A stretch of 64,000 bases of DNA. Source: Octopus sinensis (taxonomy: Eukaryota). A program made the translations under genes and the position numbers. This document shows, piece after piece, positions 1 to 10,983 of this stretch. Within the stretch, counting starts at the first letter, position 1. Each line of letters starts with the position of its first letter. The DNA lies in contig NC_042999.1 in NCBI RefSeq assembly GCF_006345805.1, positions 45,446,001 to 45,510,000 on the forward strand. Direction: 5' to 3'. The notes under the pieces are model-generated. The model was given only the letters and a program-made list of their open reading frames with translations, was not told the DNA's origin and did not search any database.

Positions 1-1
1 G

Positions 2-173
2 TCTCCTTTGGGAAGGTGTACAGTGATTCTAGTACACCATCCATATTTCAGAAGCTCTACAGAAGACCTCTTTATGAAAGCTGTTCAATACTATCTACAA
101 TTCTGTCCAAATTTCTACTCTCTTGAAGCAGCACCTCTAATTTCAGTTTGGGAAACAAAGCAAAGTTACAGGG
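2..173 (+). CDS. Candidate coding exon of an unidentified gene (runs off the window start)
   Basis: Frame 2 is open from base 2 to 178 (SPLGRCTVILVHHPYFRSSTEDLFMKAVQYYLQFCPNFYSLEAAPLISVWETKQSYRG) in non-repetitive sequence; possible GT donors at 165 or 174. Protein not recognised. Confidence 0.4.
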
Positions 174-174
174 G

Positions 175-268
175 TAGTTGAAGACACTTGCCCGAGGTGC
201 CATGCTGTGGGATTGAACCCAGAACCATGTGGTTGGGAAGCAAACTTCTTACCACACAGCCATGCCTT
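175..268 (-). mobile_element. SINE family A, 5' tRNA-derived head fragment
   Basis: Matches the reverse complement of the family head seen in full copies (aagacacttgccc...gaacccagaaccatgtggtt...cttaccacacagcc). Confidence 0.85.
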
Positions 269-289
269 TGATTTTTACTACAAATGTGC

Positions 290-2270
290 ACAGTACTTCT
301 ACTTGACGGCCTCTGTCCAATTATCTTAAATAAGTGTAATAGAACAGAGGCTGTCAAGTGGAAGTAAAAGCAATAATGTGAAAAAGACTCATAAATTAAT
401 TACTGTGGGTGTTAAACTTGATGTGTTACAAAGATTTGATTCAGAAGAAGAGCAGTCATATTCAACAGAGAGAACAATACATGACAAAATAGTTTAAAAT
501 AAGGTCAAGTATTCAAACAGCTACTCTATAAACAGGGTGAACATTGTCTTTATAGAGCTAATGTAATACTTAATATGGAACAGCTCCTTAATGTGTGGTT
601 TTGATGATAAAACTAGATGTAAATGTGCCAATTAACATGAAAATTAAGTAAATAAAATCCAGAAGTTTTATGATCTACAGAAAAGGGAAGATGTAACACC
701 CAATTCAAAACCTTCTTAGATTAGTAGAGGCTAGTTTGGAAGGTTTAAAAGGTGCATGAATTTGCACTATATTAAAATGACTGATGAAGGTGACAGTTCT
801 CTGAAACAGAAACTGTTACTATTTATCTTGTGGAGCTGAAGAAAATTATTGTTGAAGGAGGTTATACACCAGAACAAGGGTATAAGGTTAATGAAATTAA
901 GGTTTTCTGAAAATGCATAACCTACTAGAAATTTCATGAGGTGTATTCAGGCAGTTTTAACTGTTCTAGATAATTGTAATTTTAGCATGCCATTACTATA
1001 CATCCAAAAAGCTGGTCTTCTGACTTTTGTTACTCCAGACTGAAGGAGACGGTTGTAAGAGCACTTTGAAAACATCCAACTAAACACTGCTTGTTACTGC
1101 TGGCTAGCAATAAAGTTTTGTGTTAAACAGGGTAAAAATGCAAGAGAAACTTATGAAATGCTCCAGGCTGCTGATGGATCAACTTTTTGCAAGCACAAGA
1201 GCTTCAAGAACAGTAGAGAAGAGGTGAGAAATGATGAGAAGTGCAGGAGTGATAGTATGTCAGAATATCAACACTAGTTGAGAAAATTTGCAGTTTTCTG
1301 GATGTGTCTATAAAGACAATAAGCACACAATCTGGAGTTAGTGTAGCAACTGTGCACAAAATTATTAATAAGGATCTGAAAATGTGCAAAATTAGTGCAA
1401 AGTTTGTTTTCAGGGTGCTCAGTGACAAGCACCTTGGTAACCAACTACTTGACAGAGATAAGTATCAAAACTGTCCTTCACCCTCCCTACAATCCAGATG
1501 CTGCTTCCTGTGACTTTTAGTTGTTTTCCAAGCTGAAGGAGAACCTCAAGAGGCTATGACAAGAGTCTTGGACACTTCCACTTTGGAGGCCTTCAGAAAG
1601 TGGCTGGATTGCTACAAGTACTTTGGAGGAGATGAGAGTTTTGTTCTTCTTTGAAATTTATAAAAGTTTTCCCTGAAAAATTCTGAAAACTTCTGGAATG
1701 TACTTTGTAGGTCTGTCAGAGGAAAATCAGCACTAGGTTTTAAAGCTTTCAGAAATCATCTGCTATCTCTTGTAGGAAGAAATGCTGTTGGTGATATGAA
1801 GTCAAGGCCTCTACTTGTGTATCACTTCAAAAACACAAGGGCTTTCAAGGACGGTGCTAAATTTAATGTACGTGACTTACATCATTGTCATAAGCAAAAT
1901 ATCTACATCAAGTCCAGCAAGATATTTTGACACTAACAAATAATGCAGGCTTTGAAGTCATAGAAGACAAATAGTTGAATTGCCAGAGGCTCATATAAAA
2001 AGTTTGTTTAATGAAGAACCAATGTCATTAGAACAAAAAGAGGGCATAAAAGCTGAATCCATTTCACTTTAACTGATTGCAAGAATATGGTTAAAGAGTT
2101 GGAACTTTTAGAGAAAAGTCAACAAATCTTTGTTGATATTGATCTTAATTGTGAAAGTAACATTGAAATTACAAGAGAATTTCATGATGAGATTCATTCC
2201 TAAACTAAGAGATGGTATGCCATAAATGCCAAGCAATTTGGATAGATTCTTCACTCCTCTATTAAAGGCT
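290..2270 (+). mobile_element. Degenerate Tigger/pogo transposase relic, interrupted by a mariner
   Basis: Translated fragments resemble Tigger: ITVGVKLDVLQRFD, MEQLLNVW, KKIIVEGGYTPEQ, then after 1709 GKSALGFKA and NAVGDMKSRPLLVYH, plus an acidic C-terminus; many stops and frameshifts. Confidence 0.75.
935..1709 (+). mobile_element. Internally deleted mariner element
   Basis: AIKFCVKQGKNARETYEML, SIKTISTQSGVSVATVHKIINKDLKMCKISAKFV and HPPYNPD (YSPDL-like); degenerate TIRs (atgaggtgtattcaggcagtttt / rc tacaaagtacattccagaagtttt). Confidence 0.75.
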
Positions 2271-2285
2271 GATGGTGATCTGCTG

Positions 2286-2949
2286 CAATGGTTCTCAACT
2301 AGGGCTCACATGGCCCTAGGGGATCCATAAAAGATTTTGTTGCTAAAATTTATGTACAATAAACTGGTTGTACTTCTTCAATACTCTTTTACTTGTTTCA
2401 GTCATTTGATTGTGCCCATGCTGGAGCAACACCTTTGGTCGAGCAAATCAACCCCAGGACTTATTCTTTGGAAGCCTAGTACTTATTCTATCGGTCTCTT
2501 TTGCTGAACCGCTAAGTTACAGGGACATAAACACTCCAGCATCGGTTGTCAAGTGATGCTGGGGGGACAAACACAAACACACAAACATACACACACACAC
2601 ACATACATATTATATATATTTATTCATATTTACAACAGGTTTCTTTCAGTTGCCATCTACCAAATCCACTTACAAGGCTTTGGTTGGCCTGAGGCTATAG
2701 TAGAAGACACTTGCCCAAGGTGCCACACAGTGGGACTGAACCCGGAACCATGTGGTTCATAAGCAAGCTACTCCCACACCTACACAAAATACACAAAATA
2801 TTTTAGCAATTTCTTAATACAGTTCCTAATAATATTTAATTATAAAAATATAATGGTATTTTTTAAATATCAAATGGCTATGAGGATATACCCAAACAAA
2901 ATAAGAATCAAAGGGGACCATAGGAAAAAATAATGGTCGGAAACTACTG
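2286..2949. mobile_element. hAT-Charlie-like MITE containing a SINE insertion
   Basis: TIRs caatggttctcaac and rc cagtagtttccgac; flanks atctgctg/ctctacag are a degenerate 8-bp TSD. Confidence 0.55.
2382..2781 (-). mobile_element. SINE family A, near full length
   Basis: Tail tactcttttacttgtttcagtc, internal CA/TA microsatellite, tRNA-derived head; same layout as more than 10 other copies in the window. Confidence 0.9.
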
Positions 2950-2984
2950 CTCTACAGGGAAGAAGACAGTAATTCTCTTAAAAA

Positions 2985-3242
2985 CAAAAGGTAAAGTTAC
3001 CTTTCCAAGTCATGTTGACTCATAAGGACCAGTTTCCTGGTTTCCATGGTATATATACTCCCCACCAGGATGGGACACTGGGCCATCACTTCATTACTCT
3101 CTTTTTCCAGCTGAGTGAACTGGAGCAACATGAAATGAAGTTCTCTGCTCAAGAACAGAATGTGTCGCCTGGCCCAGGAATCAAAACCACTAGCTTACAA
3201 TCATGAGTTCAATATCCTAACCACTAAGCCATGCACCACCAC
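2985..3242 (-). mobile_element. SINE with C-type head/core and AAAGGT-type tail
   Basis: Reverse strand shows an A box (ggcttagtgg), B box (gattcc), core cttgagcag...gttgctccagttcactcagctg and tail aaaggtaaag. Confidence 0.7.
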
Positions 3243-3346
3243 AAATACTTCACTTCAACACAAGTAACTATCAGTGTTGGGTAATACATAGTAGCACCCT
3301 ACTATGATATTACTACATACCTATTTATTCCTTATTTATGTGTTTT

Positions 3347-3505
3347 CAGGAGTGGCAGTGTGTTAAGAAGCTTGCACACCAACCACATGGTTCTGGGTTC
3401 AGTCCCACTGCATGGCACCTTGAGCAAGTGTCTTCTACTATAGCCTCTGGCTGACCAAAGCCTTGTCAGTGGATTTGCTTGAGGGAAACTGAAAGAGGCC
3501 TGTTT

Positions 3506-3539
<34 letters not shown>

Positions 3540-3680
3540 TGTATGTATGTATGTATGTATGTATGTATGTATGTATGTATGTATGTATGTATGTATGTAT
3601 GTATGTATGTATGTATGTTTGTATGTATGTATGTATGTATGTATGTATGTATGTATGTATGTGTATGTATGTATGTATGT

Positions 3681-3720
<40 letters not shown>

Positions 3721-3737
3721 ATGTATGTATGTATGTA

Positions 3738-3768
<31 letters not shown>

Positions 3769-4008
3769 ATGTATGTATGTATGTGTGTATGTATTCGTGT
3801 GTGTGTCTATGTTTGTCCCCCAACCATCGCTTGACCAATATTGGTGTGTTTACGTCTCCGTAACTTAGCGGTTTGGTTAAAGAGACCTATAGAATAAGTA
3901 CTAGGCTTATAAAGAGTAAGTCCTGGGGTCGATTTGTTTGACTAAAGGTGGTACTCCAGCATGGTCGCAGTCAAATGACTGAAACAAGTAAAAGAATAAA
4001 AGAATAAA
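3347..4008 (+). mobile_element. SINE family A with expanded internal (GTAT)n
   Basis: Head caggagtggcagtgtg, (GTAT)n at about 3511-3790, tail gaaacaagtaaaagaataaaagaataa. Confidence 0.9.
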
Positions 4009-4522
4009 TGTTTTTATGTATAAAAGCTGCAACGTATGAGTTTACAAATTATTATTTTAATGCATAAAACTGGATGCACAGTTTATTTTATTCTGAAGAA
4101 TTCCATCACAAGGAATCTGAATGTATAATATGGAAGTCAGTGGGAAAATAGTTTCCATGTATGATAATTCCATATTATGATAAGATCTTCAGGAACACAA
4201 CACAATCCTTCTGTAAAGTGGTGCTGCCTGTTTATTCGTTTTGCATGGTAGTAACCAATTTGGAGTTTCTAGCTTTAGATGTTGCTGAGAAACTAAAGTG
4301 AACAGTCAAGCAAACAAACTGAACAAAACATAAAACTAGAGTCAGTTGATATTTTGATGGTTGGGCATGTTTGAAATGATGCACAGGAAATGGAACAGCA
4401 CTCTAGATTATTGAATGAATAAATGCTTTAGTAGAAGATAGGCGAAGAGTGAAATGAGTCTGTGAAATGATGCTGAGTTCATGCAATATATTTTCTTCAT
4501 TTTTGGTGTTTATAATCTTTAG

Positions 4523-4581
4523 AGAAGTCATAGAAGATACAACTCCTGTTCCTGTGTCTGCCAAAACAACTATTAATCTGT
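4523..4581 (+). CDS. Candidate internal exon (EVIEDTTPVPVSAKTTINL)
   Basis: Pyrimidine-rich acceptor ...ataatctttag, donor GT|gtaagg, only one open frame (phase 2 in, phase 1 out). Confidence 0.4.
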
Positions 4582-4825
4582 GTAAGGCAACTGATAACCA
4601 CTTCAGCATATCCTTGACCAAAAGTCTATAACTGAGTTTTTTTATGTTTTTGTCTGGAAGGAAGGTAGTACTAGTACATAAAAAAGGGCACCATGTCACA
4701 CACCAAATAATTTTTAATTCTTATATAAAACAAAATATTTCATTAGTTAATATATTACATAATTGTATTCTACATTCATTAATTTCATGTTTCAATAACA
4801 ATGTTATATTATTTATTAAACTTAA

Positions 4826-5040
4826 GGTGGCAAGTTGGCAGAATCGTTAGCATGCAGGGTGAAATGCTTAATGGTATTTTGTCTGTCTTTACGTTCTGAG
4901 TTCAAATTCCCCTGAGGTTGACTTTGCCTTCCATCATTTTGAGGTCGATAAATTAAGTACCAGTTATGTACTGGGGTCTATCTAATCAACTGGCACCTTC
5001 CCCAAAAATTTCAGGCCTTGTGCATAGAGTAGAAAAGATT
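4826..5040 (+). mobile_element. SINE family B (conserved central domain ggtcgactttgcctttcatc...gtcgataaattaagtaccag)
   Basis: tRNA-like head tggcagaatcg...gagttcaaattcc; central domain shared with many copies; resembles Meta/Nin-type SINE cores (from memory). Confidence 0.8.
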
Positions 5041-5059
5041 ATGTATGAAACTTACAACT

Positions 5060-5172
5060 ACTGATAGAGGTAACTGGAAATTTTCTTTTTAAATTGTTGA
5101 AAATTGCCAAATTTCAAAAATGTGCTTGGGGGAGCAGTTGGTCCCCTTGCTTCCCTATTAGCTACACCGCTG
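5060..5172. mobile_element. One end of a hAT-Tip100-like MITE
   Basis: Ends in gctacaccgctg (rc cagcggtgtagc), like the TIR of the 39364-39789 element. Confidence 0.4.
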
Positions 5173-5925
5173 GGCAATGCCCATAACTCTTTACTAGGGC
5201 CTAAAAGACTAACAGGCAGAAGGTATCTTCAAACCAGAAACCTGTTCTGAATGCTTGAGATTGAATGAACTTCTCTAAAAGTACCTAAGTGTCAGATGGT
5301 GGTGGTGGTGTCAAACTGGGGTGACAAATTAAGTCTACCACTCAGGTAGGCTCTGATGGGATTGAACTGAGAACAAAAACCATTAAGTGTCTGGGCCAAC
5401 ATTCTTATACTTCCATCCTAGATTGGTACTTTTCTTTTGCATTCCTAGCAGGATGGAAAACAAATATGTCCTCAGCCTGATTTGAACCCAGAACTCAGAG
5501 TTGCAACAAATATATTTCAACTGATGTTCTAGATAATTCACATTTTTGAAAATCTTTCTCTACAATAGAATTGTTTTTTTTATATTAATTTTTTCCCCCC
5601 TTCATGGGATAGTTTCAGATTGAGCAATGATATTCATTTTAATAATCACATGCTGTGGGCTTTTAGGAGCCATGCTGTGGACTTCGTAAAAAAAACTCTC
5701 CGTGTAAAATCATCATACAAAACGCTTATCTATAAGCATTCACCTAAAACTGAAATATTTGTATATATGTCAGTAATATCCCAATAATAGGATTATTAAA
5801 GAAATTAAAATTTTAAGAGACTGGTTTAATAAACGTTTGCTATCACTGTACAAGAAAACAGCTGAATGTTGGCCTCCCTATTGCTAAGAAATCAGCCACA
5901 TGATAGATATGAAACCTGTTATCAG

Positions 5926-5986
5926 TGAGGCAAACTGAGACAAGCAGTGATTTGCGCATTGCTTTGGGTCATGATATAAAATGGAA
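5926..5986 (+). CDS. Weak candidate exon (RQTETSSDLRIALGHDIKW)
   Basis: Acceptor cctgttatcag, donor AA|gtaata; phases 1 to 2 bridge the 4523 and 7222 candidates. Confidence 0.25.
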
Positions 5987-6364
5987 GTAATAAAGTTATC
6001 ATGTGTTTTCAAGTGGCCACTTGCAGAGAAATTTAAATTTCATAACTATTGTGTTACTTTGAGAAATGTATATGTTTTTGAAGAGCAAAATTAAAACAGA
6101 ATTGGTAAAAGCACTCAAAATCACAACATATATTCAGATAATTCAGAACCTATCTTCCATACTAAAACACCCATTCATTTAACAATCTAGATAGCTGTTA
6201 CATTTTTGCTCACTGTTGCAAACATGTTCAACCATCAAAATACCAGGTGCCTCTGGTTTTGTGTTTTGTCCGGTTTGTTTGCTTGATCATTCACCTTAGA
6301 ATACCAGAAACTACTGAATATAGAAACTCCAAAAATACAAAAATTCTGGAACTCACATTCTAAT

Positions 6365-6572
6365 ATTAGTTTCAAATTTTGGCACAAGGCCAGCAAGTTT
6401 GGGAGTTGGGTAGTGATTACATCGGCACCACTTCTCAACTGGTCCTTATTTTATTGACCCCAAAAGGATGATAGACGAAGTTGATCTCATTGGAATTTGA
6501 ACTCAGAACATAGAGATGGATGAAATGCTATGAAGCATTTTGCCCATCATGCTAATGATTCTGCCAACCTAC
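6365..6572 (-). mobile_element. SINE family B
   Basis: Reverse complement of the 4826-5040 type (attgaccccaaaaggatg...ggaatttgaactcagaac...gattctgccaacc). Confidence 0.8.
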
Positions 6573-6663
6573 CACACCTCTATTACATTGTAATATTGAT
6601 TCTAATTTTGACAAAAGACCAAAGATTTTTGGAGAAAGGGGGTCATTAATTGAATAAATCAAT

Positions 6664-6790
6664 GTCATCATTATGCTTTTATCATCGCTATTTCAACATC
6701 CCCTTTTCCATGCTCTCATGAGTCAGATGGAATTTGCTGAGGTAGATTTCTCTACAGCCAGATCCCCTTGCTGTTGCCAAACCCTCAGCT
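6664..6790 (-). mobile_element. Degenerate RTE 3' end
   Basis: catcat...ttcaacatccccttttccatgc...tctacagccagat, the reverse complement of the RTE tail. Confidence 0.55.
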
Positions 6791-7221
6791 GTTTCTGGAC
6801 AAGGTACCATTTCCAGACATGTTTTTCGCAAAAGATTGGAAATGAAGAAAATCACTTGTATGATGATGAACAACCATCACATGATGTCAAGACAAAGCTA
6901 AGCGCGTGCGCACACACACACACACACATTTCTACAAGATAAGACTGAACCTGAAACCACGTGGTTGAGAAGCAAACTTCTCAGCCATACTACCATGCCC
7001 ATGCCTTTATACTTTTAGTTATTTCATTAACCACAAAATAAAACTTAAAAGCAAAGTTAACTGTGGTAAGATTTGAACCCAAAATGCTCTGTGGTATTAC
7101 ACCCAGTACTCTAATGTCTCTGCCACTCCATCACACCACTCTGGTATTATAATGTTCATCAAAGGCAGATTTTTACACAAAGATATTCTAATACTTCCTT
7201 CGCATACTACCAATCCTCCAG

Positions 7222-7340
7222 AATGTGCTTGCAAATTTGTTACAAGCGTAGCTGCCTCATTAAAAATGATAGAGATTATTGTGATGTTTCTGAAATAGAA
7301 ATTAATTTGAACTTTCCCTTTGAATCAAATCCTGAAGATT
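7222..7340 (+). CDS. Candidate internal exon (MCLQICYKRSCLIKNDRDYCDVSEIEINLNFPFESNPED)
   Basis: Frame open 7115-7349; acceptor ...ctaccaatcctccag, donor T|gtaggc (phase 2 to 1). Confidence 0.4.
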
Positions 7341-7398
7341 GTAGGCTGTAAATGAATGAGGAATATCTTATAGATTAGTTTATATTTCCTTTTGACAG

Positions 7399-7442
7399 GT
7401 TTGATTAAGCAAATTTCCTGGGAAATAAACATTGAGAACTAA
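7399..7442 (+). CDS. Possible alternative terminal exon (LIKQISWEINIEN*)
   Basis: Acceptor tttccttttgacag, phase 1; followed by AT-rich sequence with AATAAA at 7643 and 7717. Confidence 0.25.
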
Positions 7443-8005
7443 TGCATAAAACATGTAGTCATGCTTTCAACAAGATACAAGTGCATAATTAAACCGTCTT
7501 TGATATATTGATATTTAACACAGAATATAGGAAAATGAATATTGATTAACAAATTAGATATCGCAATCTTTATAAACAACTTAAAATAACATAGGAAATC
7601 AACATTTGTATAAACATTTTAAAATAACACAGGAAATATCTAAATAAATATTTGGTTAGCAAAATGCAATGTAAAAGTAAAAAAAAAACAACATTTTTAA
7701 TAGAATAATATTTGACAATAAACTGTAAAAATAGATAAAATGAACATTGATTCACAAATTAGATTTAAAAAATCTTTATTTAAACAAATAACATTAAGAA
7801 ATGCTTTAAGATTTTACTCAACTTGATTTTTAGTTTTATGAATGAGAAATATATCTCTCTTTGTATGGTGTGTTATCTTTAACAGAGTATCTAGAAAATC
7901 TGGTATCTATTTTACAACGCGATAAACTGACAAATTGCTTGGCTTGTTTCATATTTTGCCTAATGTATCATGTAATTTGAGAGTCTCTCTTCATTGTTCT
8001 GACAG

Positions 8006-8106
8006 ATACCTTCAGCAAAGAATTACCAATTGTTGGGTCAGTTGCATTAGACAGTGGAAATGGATGTTATGCTGATGAAAGTAAAATGAATCCTTGCTTC
8101 AAGTGA
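8006..8106 (+). CDS. Candidate exon (TFSKELPIVGSVALDSGNGCYADESKMNPCFK*)
   Basis: Strong acceptor tctctcttcattgttctgacag; phase-1 frame open to TGA at 8104-8106; alternative donor A|gtaaaa at 8081. Confidence 0.45.
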
Positions 8107-8184
8107 CATTTTTTTCTTTAATTTCTAAATTGTTACTCATTTTTTTCCTGAAACCATTACTGATTAAATGAGTACGTGTGCATG

Positions 8185-8221
<37 letters not shown>

Positions 8222-8270
8222 AAATTCATGACGGTGTGTGTGTGTAAATATACATACATACATACATACA

Positions 8271-8305
<35 letters not shown>

Positions 8306-8581
8306 AGCGTGGCCGTCTGCCAGCCTCGTCTGGCACCTGTGTCGGTGGCACATAAAAAACACCATCCGAGCGTGGCCGTTTGCCAGCCTCGTCTGGCACC
8401 TGTGTCGGTGGCACATAAAATCACCCACTACACTCTCGGAGTGGTTGGCGTTAGGAAGGGCATCCAGCTGTAGAAACACTGCCAGATCTGACTGGACTGG
8501 TGCAGCTTTCGGGCTCCCCAGACCCCAGTTGAACCGTCCAACCCATGCTAGCATGGAAAGCGGACGTTAAATGATGATGAT
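8306..8581 (+). mobile_element. 5'-truncated RTE LINE 3' UTR
   Basis: Tandem ~57-bp subrepeats, then gttaggaagggcatccagctgtagaaac...gcatggaaagcggacgttaaatgatgatgat. Confidence 0.8.
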
Positions 8582-8640
8582 GTATGTACATATATGTGTG
8601 TGTGTGCGCGTGTTTGTATATATATAAATATATATATATA

Positions 8641-9423
8641 CAGGGTGCAATGGGTAAATTTTCGCCATTTTATATTTTTGATTTCATGCTATTGCATTGT
8701 TTGCAATACATGGAAATGATATGCTGTACTGTTTGCCATTCACACCGATAGCTCCAATATGAATATTTCAGAGTGGTTGGGTGTCAATCTGGGGACAGTG
8801 CAATCTGAGGACATGTACCAAGAATGATAAAAATCAAACATTCAGTCAACATCATGGTGTTTGGAGTGATCATTAGTGATGGTGACGTTATGCCACCATT
8901 CAGCTTCTCACACAGCCTCAGACACAACATGGAGTCCTACATCAAGTGTCTGGAGGAGGTAGTGCTGCCCTGGCTCAAGAGCGTGGCTGCTGGAAGACCT
9001 ATGTCTGGCAACAGGACTCTGCAGCATGCCATACAAGCTGGAGAACCCAGACAATTTCTGCAACCACATCACCCCTAACATCTGGCCATCTAAATCCTCA
9101 GACTGCAACCCTCTTGATTATGCGTGGGGCACAGTTGAGGGAGAGACCAACAAAAGTCCTTGTAACACCAAAGATGAACCGAAGGCAAGGATTATGGCAG
9201 CATTCACCAACTTAAGCAAGGAGACTGTCCAGAAGAACTGCAGAAGATTCTGAAGTTATCTGGAGGCTGTGGTTGAAGCCAATGATGATTTTATTGAATA
9301 AATTTACTCTTTAGTATTTCAAGATATTTTTATATAATTTTGGTAAATATATTTGTTAAAATGAGATGTCAGTGTCGTTTTCATTTTTGCATAATTTAGA
9401 TGACAGTTTAATCACCGCACCCC

Positions 9424-9424
<1 letters not shown>
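8641..9424 (+). mobile_element. Internally deleted maT-like (Tc1/mariner superfamily) element
   Basis: MVFGVIISDGDVMPP, YVWQQDSA, WPSKSSDCNPLDYAWG; degenerate TIRs cagggtgc / rc cggggtgc flanked by (TA)n. Confidence 0.8.
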
Positions 9425-9495
<71 letters not shown>

Positions 9496-9884
9496 GTATG
9501 TATGTATGTATATATATATGCATATATATAAGAATGTTTTGCTTAATGAGATAAAAAACCAAGGCTGTGTAGATATTAGAACATTTATACATAGAAGGTC
9601 TTACAGCTGTTTCCAGGATATTTATTCATTATATCCCTTCACCAGAGATGGTATGAGAGGATGGTTAAGTAATAATTAATTTAGATAGGATACAAAATAG
9701 AGAGTGAGGTGGAGGAAAGAAAATAGATGTGAGATATGTAGGGATATTGAATTTGTAGATCCAATTTTTAGACAGAATGGTATGTATGTAAGATTCCACT
9801 ACATTATGAGAAAAATCCAACAGTATTTAAGATTGTTCATTCCAAGTATAAGTATATATATATATATATTATATATATATATAT

Positions 9885-10983
9885 GTCGGCACCCTCTTTG
9901 ATCTCTGTCGGCACCCTCTTTGATATCTGTCGGTACACTCTTTGATCTCTGTCGGCACCCTCTTTGATCTCTGTCGGTACACTCTTTGATCTCTGTCGGC
10001 ACCCTCTTTGATCTCTGTCGGTACACTCTTTGATCTCTGTCGGCACCCTCTTTCATCTCTGTCAGCACCATCTTTGATCTCTGTCGGCACCCTCATTGAT
10101 CTCCGTCGGTACCCCCTTTGATCTCTGTCGGCACCCTCTTTGATCTCTGTCGGCACCCTCTTTGATCTCTGTCGGCACCCTCTTTGATCTCTGTCTGCAC
10201 CCTCTTTGATCCCTATCAGCACCCTCTTTGATCTCTGTCGGTACCCTCTTTGATCTCCGTCAGTGCCCCCGTTGATCTCTGTCGGCTCCCTCTTTAATCT
10301 CTGTCGGCACCCTCTTTGATCTCAGTCGGCACCCTCTTTGATCTCTGTCTGCACCCTCTTTAATCTCTGTCGGCTCCCTCTTTGATATCTGTCGGCACCC
10401 TCTTTGATCTCAGTCGGCACCCTCTTTGATCTCTGTCTGCACCCTCTTTGATCACGGTCGGCACCCTCTTTTATCTATGTCAGTATCCTCTTTCATCTTT
10501 GTCGGCACCCTCTTTCATCTCAGTCGGCACCCTCTTTGATCTCTGTCGGCACCCTCTTTGATCTCCGTCGGTACCCCTTTGATCTCTGTCGGCACCCTCT
10601 TTGATCTCTGTCGGCACCCTCTTTGATCTCAGTCAGCACCCTCTTTGATCTCTGTCGGTACACTCTTTGATCTCTGTCGGTACACTCTTTGATCTCTGTC
10701 GGCACCCTCTTTCATCTCTGTCGGCACCATCTTTGATCTCTGTCGGCACCCTCTTGGATCTCCGTCGGCACCCCCTTTGATCTCTGTCGGCACCCTCTTT
10801 GATCTCTGTCGGCACCCTCTTTGATCTCAGTCGGCACCCTCTTTGATCTCTGTCTGCACCCTCTTTAATCTCTGTCGGCACCCTCTTTAATCTCTGTCGG
10901 CAGCCTCTTTGATCTCTGTCGGCACCCTCTTTGATCTCTATCGGTACCCTCTTTCATCTCTGTCGGTACCCTCCTTGATCTCT
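9885..10983. repeat. 22-bp minisatellite, about 50 copies of gtcggcaccctctttgatctct
   Basis: Directly visible; 1099 bp is 50 units less one base. Confidence 0.95.

Noticed and set aside
2958-2990. Apparent exon tctacag|...AAG|gtaaag
   Set aside because: The donor is part of the AAAGGT SINE tail and the acceptor overlaps a MITE TSD.
3332-3868. Long ORFs of YIHT/MYVC repeats (also 22421-22831, 24333-24881, 45228-45803, 46479-47144, 53501-54179, 58146-58945)
   Set aside because: Translations of microsatellites that lack stop codons; no coding signal.
4090-4130. CTGAAGA-ATTCC...GGAAT hammerhead-like motif
   Set aside because: The GAAA core is broken and stem I does not pair; likely chance.
6247-6297. 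Minus-strand exon VNDQANKPDKTQNQRHL
   Set aside because: Mediocre splice sites, no supporting neighbours, and it lies within the + gene model.
8010-8147. Minus-strand 138-nt exon with good splice sites
   Set aside because: All three frames have stops; the + strand reading is more plausible.
9885-10983. Possible CRISPR-like array
   Set aside because: Head-to-tail units with no spacers, in eukaryotic DNA with no cas genes.
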